Origin: Paragordius varius
Taxonomy: Eukaryota > Animalia > Nematomorpha
Assembly: GCA_964247055.1 (NCBI GenBank)
Contig: OZ176053.1
Span: 8,680,001 to 8,744,000 of the forward strand
Length of the DNA stretch: 64,000 nucleotides
Reading direction: 5' to 3'
Every line of letters begins with the position of its first letter. Position 1 is the stretch's first letter. Shown here piece by piece: positions 40,967 to 52,900 of the stretch. A program made the position numbers and the translations under genes. The notes below the pieces were generated by a model, which was not told the DNA's origin, searched no databases, and was given only the letters and a program-made list of their open reading frames with translations.

Positions 40967-43900
40967 GTACAGTAAATTTTTCTTATGAATAAAAGTATGA
41001 TAAGAAAATATCGATTTATCTATTAATATTATTAATTTTACAAAAACTTACAAAAACACATTATTTTTTATATCCAGTCCTTTATTTGCCCAATTAAAAA
41101 AATTTTCTATACAATTATGCGACTACTTTTTTTATGAAAAATTCCAGAAATTATAGCTTCCTGTGCTTATATACATCAATACCAATTTACCCATATAACC
41201 TTTATAATTAAAGTTTAATTAATCAGGCCTTACTTTATGAATTGCTTGAACGTCGTATACGATTAACGAATTTTTAATATTGAAACCTTAAATTGCAAAT
41301 TTTTTAGCCTTTTGTAGCAGTTTTAACATACTTAAGTATTATAGATTTATATTAATTATGAATTTAATATCTATAGCAGGGGTGGCCAACGAGGTGACCG
41401 CGGTCACTTTCGTGACCGCGACAACTCAAAAAGTGACCGCCTGAAAATATTTTTTTTTAAAAAATTTTATTGATTTTTTTCGGATAGTTGGCTACTTCTG
41501 AGCGAATTTAAATTTAAAATACAAAAAAATACGGTTTAAATTAAAAAAAAACGTCTAAGAAAAGGGTGTAAAAAAATTATTTTATTAATTATAATTCATA
41601 TGTTTTGGAGCATTTGCATTAAAACTTAAAATCAGTCATTTCCCTTGAATATATCAAAACTTTGAGCAAAGCTTATTCATAAATCAGAAGCATAATCGTG
41701 AAGTTAGATTTGATTTGATACACCAAAAGTAGGTTTTTAAAACTTATATTTTAGAATGAGCCAAAAAAAGTTGTACAGATACAAGAAAGATTGGGAGCAT
41801 GAATACTTTTTTATTATGATAAATGAAACATGCACCTGTCTAATATGCAATAGTACTGTTGCTTTGCCCAAAAAGTCAAATATTGAAAGACATTATAGAT
41901 CTCTGCATCCACATTACTCCAAAAACTACCCCTTACAAACTCAAGAACGCAACATTAAAGTAAAGGAATTAAAAGAACAATTATCCGCCTCACAAAATAG
42001 CATACTTAAATACAACAAAGACTATAAAAATGCTACGATTGCTTCATTCAAGGTAGCGGAAATACTCATTCGGAACAATAAGCCATTCCAAGATGGTGAA
42101 ATATTTAAAGAAGCCTTTATTAGCGCTTGTGATATTTTATTTGAAAATTTTGATAACAAAAATAATATTATGACAGCTATTAAAAGCATAAGCTTATCGA
42201 GAAATACCGTTATGCGCAGGGCTGAAGATATTAGTAATAATCTTGATGAAATTTTACATGAAAATATTATTAACTGTATTTTTTTTCCTTGCAACTCGAT
42301 GAGTCCACCGATTATGTTGGAATCGCCCAATTATGCATTTTTATTCGTATGATATTTAGTGATTTATCTGCAAAGGAGGAATTATTAACTATAATACCTC
42401 TCCACGAACGAACCAGAGGGCAGGATATTTTTGATTCTTTTTATAAATTTATCACAGATACGAAACTTCCCATCGTAAAACTCGGATCTATAACTACTGA
42501 TGGAGCTCCAGCTATGATTGGCGTTAACAACGGCTTTATCGCTTTATGTAAAAATCACAGTGCATTTCCCAAGTTCATTGATTACCATTGTATAATCCAT
42601 AATCAAGTTTCATGTTCAAAAGTTTTAAAATACCATCATGTAATGAACCCCTGTTTTAAAATTGTTAACGCCATTCGAACAAAAAGCTTGTCCCGCCGCC
42701 AATTTCGAATTTTGTTAAATGAGTGCGGCGTGGAATATGGAGAACTTTTATTACATACTGATGTAAGGTGGTTGAGTCGTGCCGCATTTTTAATTAGATT
42801 TAGGCAACTTTTACCACAAATAGAAATTTTTTTAGCGAATTCTAAATTTTCATACCCTGAATTGAAAGATCAAGATTGGCTGCTTGATCTTGCATTTTTA
42901 TGCGATATCACGGAAAAATTGCATAAATTAAACATCCAATTACAAGGAAAAGATAAAACAATAATGGATATGATGGGTGCTTTAAAATCTTTTAAGGAAA
43001 CACTAACAGTAGTAGAAACACAATTAAAAAACCGAGATTTAAAACATTTTTTTAATCTGGCAGCGGTGTCTGAAAAAATAGAGAATCTCTCTTTTGAAAA
43101 ATATGCAGATGATATTGGTCTGCTTATTATTGATTTTGAAAAACGATTTTCATCTATAAATAAACTTGAAGACATCGCTATTTTTTATCATGCCCATTTA
43201 ATAATAATAATAATGTTGAATATATTGCTCAAAAACTCAGCCACTTTCTTGGTGTACCAAATTTAGCAGAGTTGGAAGAGGAATTAATAAATGTTAAATG
43301 CGATATCCATCTAAAATCATTAGGATCAGATATATATAAATTTATAAATAAAGATAAATACCCCCATATTTGGAAAACCGCTGCATTATTCAATTCTTTT
43401 TTTGGATCCACATATTTATGTGAATCGGCTTTTTCAATTATGAATGCTATCAAAACTAAACAGAGGTCACAATTAACTAATAAACATTTAGAATCATGTT
43501 TGAGAATTGCTTTGACTTCATTTGAACCTAATTTAGATAAACTTTCTGAATTTTTTCGCAGTCGGGCGTTTTAAATATTTTTTTCTTTATTAAATATGGA
43601 TGTTTATCGAGTTGTATTTTCGCTTAGGAAAAAGCCGATTTACTAAAAAATATGTGGATAGAATTAAAACTGATACAATTTTAATGTACTCTTATTTATG
43701 TTCAAATTATGGTTTTAAATTGGAATGCTATTTTTTATTTCTTTTATTTTTTGTATCATAATGTATTCTCCCCTGTAATTTCAAATGCATTGTTTAAATT
43801 TTTATATTGTAAAATTTCATATAATAGAAATTTAATAAATAAATATTTTGAAGTGTTTTATGTTGGTTAAAAAATTAAGGTAGTTAATAACCCGTTGTCT

Positions 43901-46900
43901 TTTAATTAAAATTATTTTTGTATTTGGTTGATAGATAAAAAAATTACAATTTTAAAATGGTTTAAACAAGTCACTCTAATCTGTAAAGCAGGTATATACA
44001 TCATTTAAAGTGTTGATTGAGTTTTTTTGATAAATATTTCTGGGTGACCGCGAACTCTTTTTTTAACAAAAAAGCCAAAAAAAAGCTCGCGACAAAAAAA
44101 GTGTGGCCACCCCTGATCTATAGGTTCGCGAACCAAGAGTCTTATTTTTAATGTTTAAAAAACATATTTTTTGTAATTAAACCCTTTTTACTTTTATTTT
44201 TTAAAACAGGTGTAAATATGTCCAATTTTTGTTTCCAGTTTACTAAGTTTTTTGCTCTTAAACATTTTTTTTAAAATAATAAACCGATCTCGTTTTAATA
44301 ACAAAAGAAATCGAATTAACACTTCTCTTTTGGCGGCTCAAATTTTAAAAGGTATTACCAGCTTTGTTTTAATTTGTAGTAAATATATTAGGGTTTATAA
44401 ATTACATTTTTATCCAGTTTCATCCCCCTTTATGCTATCAATTCTATTGTTTACATTCATATATTTAGAAATAGATAATTATAGGGCTTGGGTACCTTAT
44501 AAAGCACCTAATAAAGATTTTATAATTTTTATCGAAGTTTTTATGATATGATTTTATAATCGATTTCTTGTCGTTCCAAGTCGCTTAATTCGTTGGCACA
44601 ATCACAAAATTAGATCCATGATTATTTTTATCAATATATTAATTTTTTGCTATTTAGACTTTTATTCGAAAGCTTATGAATGAACAAGGACACGTCTTCG
44701 AACTCTTGAAAACTGGTAAAAGTCTACTTGAAAAATCCACCATATCACCGGAGGATCAAAAAATTATTCTTGATAGAATGCAACAATTAAATTTGCTTTG
44801 GGAAAGTATTCGTGTCAAAACTTTGGACTATCAAACTGAGTAATAAAAATAATTTTTTATGAAATACTAGCGTAAATCTCGTGCTACTACGCAGCCCAGG
44901 AAGTCCTTCGGACTTCTAGGGGGGGATTTGAAAAAAGGGACAATAAAATGATCCACATATGTGGATTATTTCGAAACATTATTTAATAATTATGATCCAT
45001 AGGAATTTTAAAACGGTGCATTCATACTAATATATTGTTTACTTGTGCGAAAAATAGATTCAAAAAATTATTTTTGTGGACTTTGTTTTTTTAAAAAATG
45101 GCATTTTACGGGAGGAGCGGGTAAAAAGAGGGCCTACATTAAAAAAGCGAGTCGACTATGTTTGCCGCAATCGAAAATAAGTAAACAAAAATCATATTTG
45201 AAATTGAATGGCCCAACATGTTCTCCGGAAAATTGTCTTAAAGACACGATTTTTGTGGACTTGTGTTTTCAAATAAAACCCGTTTTTTACACGGGGTGGG
45301 CCCGAATCTGGGGCCTATTTTAAAAAAGGGCGAAGCTATTGTCGAGGCATTTATTAATGAATTAATTTTTTTGATATTTGGATTTAAATGGGTCTACCGG
45401 TTTTTCGGAAACAGATCACAAAGCCAGCATTTTCCATTTTTATAAATATATAGATTAAGTTAAAAGTAACTAAACAAGCGTTAAATAATTATCTTATTTG
45501 CACATTTATATTGTAATGAGAAACATTTCTTTTATATTGTTTCGAAAAGTTCTCATTTTTATTAAAACATGGACATGTTTAATATTTATTTTCTAGTTTT
45601 GTTAGTTACAGATCAGCGACTGAAAGCTTATTGTTAAAGGCCTAGCACCACTATTTTTTATTTAAACTTAGTCTAGGGTTTTTTATGAGTTTATTATTTC
45701 TAATGAAAGTAAGTGTTGGTATTTTTCAAAATTTAAAAAATCCAGGATCCCCAATAAAATTAAAGTTTAGAATATAAAATGTTTCTGTATCTAATATTAT
45801 TTTGTCATCTCTGATTTTTTGAATGAAGACTAAATTAATTGACCTTTTAATGTCTTATATGCTATCTATTTTACACTGTGAGAATTTATCAATATTTTTC
45901 TTGGTCACAAGTTAAACCTATATATATATATATATATAAATAATGTTAACTGTTACAAACTAAAGCGGCTTGTTTATAAGCACCCGTAGTTTTTTTATAA
46001 CTATTATAAAAATAAGTTAATACATGCATACATCATAATTTGTATTATTTGAAATGCGCGCGCGCTTAGATTACAAAGTTTACTGAATCAACATCAAAAA
46101 GATCAAATTACAACATTCGAATCCTGGCTCCATGATATGGAGATGGATTATTTGAATAATCAAGAAAATGTTTCGCTAACAGAAGATGAAAGCCAAAGGC
46201 TTAAGACACGTTTTATGCGTGGGACAGAGCTAATAAAACCACTCAGCAATATGTTAATTATTGTGGATAGCGAAGATGATCAAGGTTAAATAGATCTCAT
46301 AAACAATTGGTTTTAGCCATGTGTATCGATTTTATTTAAAATATTATTAGGTGCATTTTTTATGTTATTGCAGCTTTATTTTTCATTTTTCGGGCATAGC
46401 ATATATTAATGATTACAAACTAATGACAAGTATATTAATTTGTGGTTGAATCACATTTAAAATGTATTAAATTAAACAATCTAACGATTTATTATAAATG
46501 ATTGCAGATTATTAACTGCAAGGTAAATGGGTTTTGCTTAACTTTAGACATGAAAAAACTTTTATTCCCATATATTCTAAAACTTTAATTTTAAATTATT
46601 TTGTAATATATACTTTTTTTCCTTACCTACCCTATATGATATGATATGATATGATATAGAATACAAGAATTTGGAGAATAAATTATCCGATTTGCAATCA
46701 AGGTATTTGGCCCTTTATGAATGGTTAGGGAAGGCGTATCCAAATACGTTACAATCCGAACTAGCAACCGTAACCAATATTGTTCAACGCAATTTGGCTC
46801 AACAATTGCAACAACCTACGGCCCCCTTGCCTTCTACGAGTCCAAACCCTCGGGAACCGGAAGTTTTAATGATTGAACAAAATGGTAACCATTTTGATTT

Positions 46901-49900
46901 TTATAAAGGATTGTAAGATTTTGATTCAAATTTGACTGAGATTTTTAGTTATGTGATAACACTGCTCAACAAGGTTTTGCACCACCCCATTATTTTTGCA
47001 TTTTCTGATACCTAATGGCATGGATAGGCCAAAACAAAAAAGAAAATTAAGGCCACCAATAGGATTTTTCCAAAATTTAATTTTTAAATTTGTATTTTAT
47101 TCAAAAATAACAATCAATATTCAAACAAGCAAGTCGATACAAGTAATTTTTCATGCATGGATAACAAATTCTAGGCATTAAATAAGATACTAAACAAGCT
47201 AAGAGCCAAAGTATTAAAAATCTAAAAGGGCTTAGTATAGTGTGATAGATCCGGGCGGCTGCACAAGCTCTGCATATCCCCCAAGCGATCCTATAATTAT
47301 GCCAGATGTGGCAAAGATAACAATAAGTAATCGTAAAGTCCGATAAGAGAGACTTGCAAGATGTCAAATTAACCAATTTACAGAATAAAGTTAGATAAAT
47401 ACAATTAAATTGAATATAAATTAGGTAAATACAAATGGTCCAACCCCATAACAGTAAATTCTACTAAAAGTGGCCACACAACATCCATCTGAAATTCAAA
47501 ACACAAAACAACCAATAATTTTAAAAAAATAAGGTATATCCACTAAGTATAAATAAAGGATTTTTTATAAGAACTAACTCAAGAGAAAAAGTGTAATAAG
47601 TACTTGAAAGAACGAAAACTAACAAAAATAATATAGCCTATCTGAAAGCCGAAGGTTTAAACCATAGAATACCTTTTTTAGTATTTTTTTAAAAATTTTT
47701 TATATGTGTTAAAAATTTACTTGAAAAAAAAGACTAAATTTTGACGTTTAAGTCCGTACTATTTTTTTCTCTCTGATATTTAAATGACATATTTATATTC
47801 AAAAGATAGAGTTAAAACGCTTTATTAAATGATATTAAGTTTATAATATAATAACATTTTATTATAAAGTTATATTTAATTTTCTCTCGATTTTCACTTG
47901 TTTTTGAAAAATTGAAAAACCTATAAATTGTCAAAATTCTGATTGGCGGGATCAAAATTTTTTTCAAATTCGGTTTTAAAACACTGAAATTAGTCATAAT
48001 TTAAAAAGTTTGAGTGGTGGTGCTTAAAAATGTCCAAATTTGTCGACTAGTGTAATCTGAGGATTTGGGTATTAATTTTAAAATGGTTAAACATTTCATA
48101 TATTTACCCATGTAAGGGGTAATATTGCCCAAAAAACTAAACCTTTACTATTCTAAAAATAGTCAAATTATTGTTTTTACACAAATTCTTTTTACACATT
48201 TTACCATGCAACCTAAAAAGTTTATTTATGAAATCCAAAATAAAATTCTAGCTCCCAAACCTTCAGGATCAACAACGCTTAATCAAATGGAAGAATCACC
48301 CACCACAAAATATCTCAAACACGGAACCAGTCCTCTAAAAACACCTATCAGCATTAGTCCACGACATTCTTTCAAAATCGAAACAGGTACTACTTAACTT
48401 TCAGATTGCCAATTTATTGTAGCTAAATTTCCAAAATTTTATCGAAGCTCTAAATATGTCAGGATTATGCATATGTTTTATATGTTTAATAGAGAGCGCG
48501 GAAAATAAACGGAATAAATACCAGAGTAAACAGATTCCTTCGATTGAAATATCTCAAGCTGATGATGATAATGATTCTAATACTATCCATGATAATGGCA
48601 AAGAATCATCAAATGTTAGCTCCAAAAAAATCAAAATGGATCATATGGGTAAAGGCGGTGAAATTTCTAGAGAACAACCGTTAGTTAGGCTGGAAGGATT
48701 AACACAGGAAATTGACAAAGAGGCTAAAGGTTTATTCCAAATTTTGTATATTGGCTGATATAATATTTTGCTTCGTGTATATTTTTATAGTAAATATCCT
48801 AATATTAAGTTAAAATAGACAGTACCTTGTTTGCAAAATTGTATTTTTTTCTTAATGACAATCAAGATATTTGTAAAAAAAATTTGCCTATCTTTTAATT
48901 ATTAAAAAGGATATGAATTTCTATTTAGCTATATAATATTTTAGCCTTTTCAACGCCTATTATACACCATATACACTTTAATTTCCCCTTTGAACATTTC
49001 AAATTTATCCCTATTTACAACATTTTGAAATTTTAAGGGTGAAATCGAAGTATTCAAGTATGAATATTATTTAGTTTTCTAAGCTTTTTATGGATATTTT
49101 ATACGAAATGCTTTTGATTAGTGTATATATTAAGTTTTCAACATATTATTTCACATTAATAAATTTGTCTCAAACAAATACATTCATCTACTGTTTAGCC
49201 ATTGAAAAAAGTTTGGATAAAACTGACCTTCCCCCAGCGGCCAAAGAATTAATTGAAAAGGAAGCAATTATTGAGGGCATACCAGATCGTATTGAAAAAC
49301 ACCGAGAAAGTTTAACCGTCCCAACTGAGTTTCCACAGTTAGATCCCCAAGATGCCGAAAAACATTGGGAATCTATTATGGAAATGGCAGAAAATGCAGT
49401 AATTTCTTTTATTTAATAAAAATTTTTCAACATAAATTATTGAAAAGATTTTTGACGTACCATGTGTGAATTAGTGTTTCTATGGATATGAATATTGAAA
49501 AAATAACTCTTTTATTTGATGTAGTAATATTAATAAAATTAAATTTAATAATTCCGGTGATTAAATCCAAATGTAACCCACATAACGAATTTTTTATTTT
49601 TTTCCAAAATAATTTATATTGTACCATTAGCCATTAACAGCCCTGGAAAAATTGCAAATCGAAATATATGATATTAATGAAGCATTGCGTGAACTTGAAT
49701 ATTGGTTCCGACAAGCCAAAGAGGAAACTCCCAAATTGGATTCAGTCGGTCACACCAAAGAATTTTCTGAGGTCCTGGAAAATTTTTCGGTATAAAATGA
49801 AAATACTTTTTACAAATATTTATATTCATAACATTATATTAACAACTGTATTTTTTTTAATTTATTATCTACAAACTCTTTTGCTCATATTTACAGTAAA

Positions 49901-52900
49901 AATTAATGTTATAAAGTTTTCACCAATAAAAGTATTTATGACTTCCAAAAACCGACATATTTTTGTTTTCTAATGGCCTTAAAACATCTAATTTTCACTA
50001 TTTTTGTCTTAAATTCTTAAATTTTAAATTTTTACATTCTAAAGTTTTATTTCATACAGTCTAAAATGGATCAAATCAAAAGTTGGTGGCCAAAGATTGA
50101 AAATACGCGAAATTGTGCTCGTTTAATAGCGAATAAACTTGCCTCTCATCCAGAAAATGAAGACACCTCTCGTCAAATTTTGAAGGATACCACCAATCTC
50201 ATACACCGCTGGGAATCTCTGTTCGAAGAAACGAGTAATTTTGAAATTGAAGTTTCGATGTTTTTTTAGAGGTTAAAGTTATCACACTGCAGTTAATAGT
50301 AAATTCTAAGCCGCTTATATATTTAAAAAAGCATAAATCTCTTGTTTCTCAAGTTGTGATATATAATAGAAAGGTTTTTGCTTAGGAAGTCAAATTTATA
50401 GGCATTCGGATTCAAAGATTATATTTTCATATATTTTTTATATTTACCCTAATTTTTTTTACTTTTGATGGCATTTGGCTATTAAATAAGAAAACATATA
50501 TAACTATTTTTAAGTTTCTTAAAAAATTTTATTTTTATAAATACTAACACTTTTTTTAAACTATTTTTTTAGATCATCGCTTCGAAACTCTTGTGAATAT
50601 TTTGGAGTCATATCATTATCAAAGTTTTCGCGAACCTCTCTCCTCACTCAATACCTGGTTGGATTCGGTGAAAGATAATCTCATTACCGATCAAAATAAA
50701 TATGAAGATGTCCAATTATTAGAGGAAAAATTGACTAAACTAAAGGTTTTTATATTCAAACATAATTGAAATCGTAAGGAAAATTGATTTATTTTTATAT
50801 CATTTTTTAAATAACTATACAAAAGTATCGTTTTTTAGTTATTTTTAAGATCAACCAACAATTTTTATTCTAACTATCATTTTTTTTCATTTTAGGAAAT
50901 TCAAGGGACTATAAGTGCTCAAGCACCAAATCTCGTTAGTATTCAACATATGTGGGAAGAACATTCTTCCGACACTGACAATTACAAATTTGCCTTGAAA
51001 GATCAATTTCAATCTGATATAAACTCGGTCGTTGCAAAATATGAAGCTGTTAATGCTTTAGCCAATGATTCAATTCATACGATTGAAAACCAAATATCAG
51101 TTTTGAAAGATTATTTGGTATATAATTTTAATTAAATTAAATTATCTTTTTTATTTTGTACGTGTTTTGTTAATTAAACTTATTATTTTTAATTTGGCTT
51201 TCAATGATAAATTCATATTAGTTTTTTTATTAGATTTTTACATTTTAAATGTGGAACGATTTTTTGGTAGTTTTTAATAAAAAATTTTATATTAATAATT
51301 ATTTGTTTTTATAAATAATTTACTGTTGTAGCTTAGTTGTTAAAGGCTAGGCATCATTTTAAATTACTCTTATTTTTTCACAGAACGAGATAAAAGTTTT
51401 GAAAAATTGGATGGGCGATCTAAAGAATATTATGGATAAGGAAGCAACAGAAGGCGACACTCAAAGTCAGAACCGAGAAAAGGAAGCTAAAGTATTAAAT
51501 CCAAAATTGAAATTATAAAGATAAGCGTATACACTAAAAGACAAATATTTTTTTAAAAAACAGCACTACCTTAACTTTTTTTAATTTGACCTATCGGTTT
51601 GGATTAAAATTAGAATAAAGGTGTGAATTAGTATAAACAACTTTTGTCACAATTTTATTTCAGTTTAGAAAAGATTAAGGTTAAAAAATATATGGCTATC
51701 TTTATGAAAAATATTCTTTAACTTTTTACGTTTTGTTTTCATAATATCAATTTTTACTGTAAAATATTAAATAAATTCAATTTTTATCTTTAAAAAATTA
51801 AATTTTTTATTTTATTGACAAAAACAAAATATTTCAAACTTCAACTATAAATTTTTTAGGCAATACAAGAACACTTGAATTTGTTAAAACCTACGATTGA
51901 GAATATCAATCGTATAAGTCCAGACATATTGGATAACTCACAAATAGATTTCGCTAAACAGCTAAAAGAAGAATTGGCTCAACTGAATGATCAATGGAAA
52001 CTTATACTTGATAAAGTGAATTCAGAAAAGGTTTTTAAATTATCTTTTTAAAGTGGTCTGCTTTAGTGAAAATATCTAAAAGATAAATAATCACTAGTCT
52101 TATTATTGGCTCAAAATGTCCCCAACTTATGGCCATAAGAAAAAATTGTTTGAAAACAAGAATTAAGACACAATTATGAATAATTTTATGTCATCAAATT
52201 TTGAAAAATATGACTTTTAACTGTTTATTATATATTATTGCTAAACACTGATTACATTTATCCAACAAAACAATTATTATTTTTTATTTTATTAGTTATT
52301 ACCTCGAGAAAACTTAATTGCCTTACCAAGAACAACCGTTACAGATAGTTTAGGCCTGGGAGAACCTAATCTTACGAAAATAATTCCAATGTCTACTACA
52401 CAGCTTCTTTCAACGCACGATGAAAAAACTACGGAGAAAGAACTCAAATCAACTGATAAACCTTCAAATAAAGAAAATTTACCCATCATAAATAAATTAG
52501 AAAGTGATATATTAGCCCTGCAAGAATGGATAGTACATGAGGATATGTTAATCATGTCCCATGCCGATGATGAGCACACAGCTCAAGATATTGAAAGGCA
52601 AGAATATGCACAAATGATCCATGATTTTGAAACGAAAGACGGTTTACTTCGACAAATATCGAAAGATATTAGTCAATTACAAACGGACCCTGAGAAGGGG
52701 GGAGTAGACCCAGAAAAGGCTAAAGAAATGGCTGGGCAATTGAAATTGTTGAAAGTATTTACATTATTTTATTTTATGGCAACATATGTATGTGCGAACC
52801 AAAATGGAATGTTTGATTTCTTTAAATTAATTTTATGAAATTAGGATTGGTATAATTTTATTAAGGAAAATTGAAAACTTTATTATAATTTTTGTTGAAT

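Noticed and set aside
42022-43453. Minus-strand ORFs 42022-42330, 42870-43175 and 43229-43453
   Set aside because: Antisense shadows of the transposase.
44252-45445. ORFs 44252-44551, 45045-45323 and 45263-45445
   Set aside because: Intronic or Helitron-internal; composition is typical of AT-rich non-coding frames and there are no motifs.
51326-51356. tRNA/SINE A-box-like GTAGCTTAGTTGTTAAAGGC (similar word near 45625)
   Set aside because: No B box, cloverleaf or tail; too short to call.
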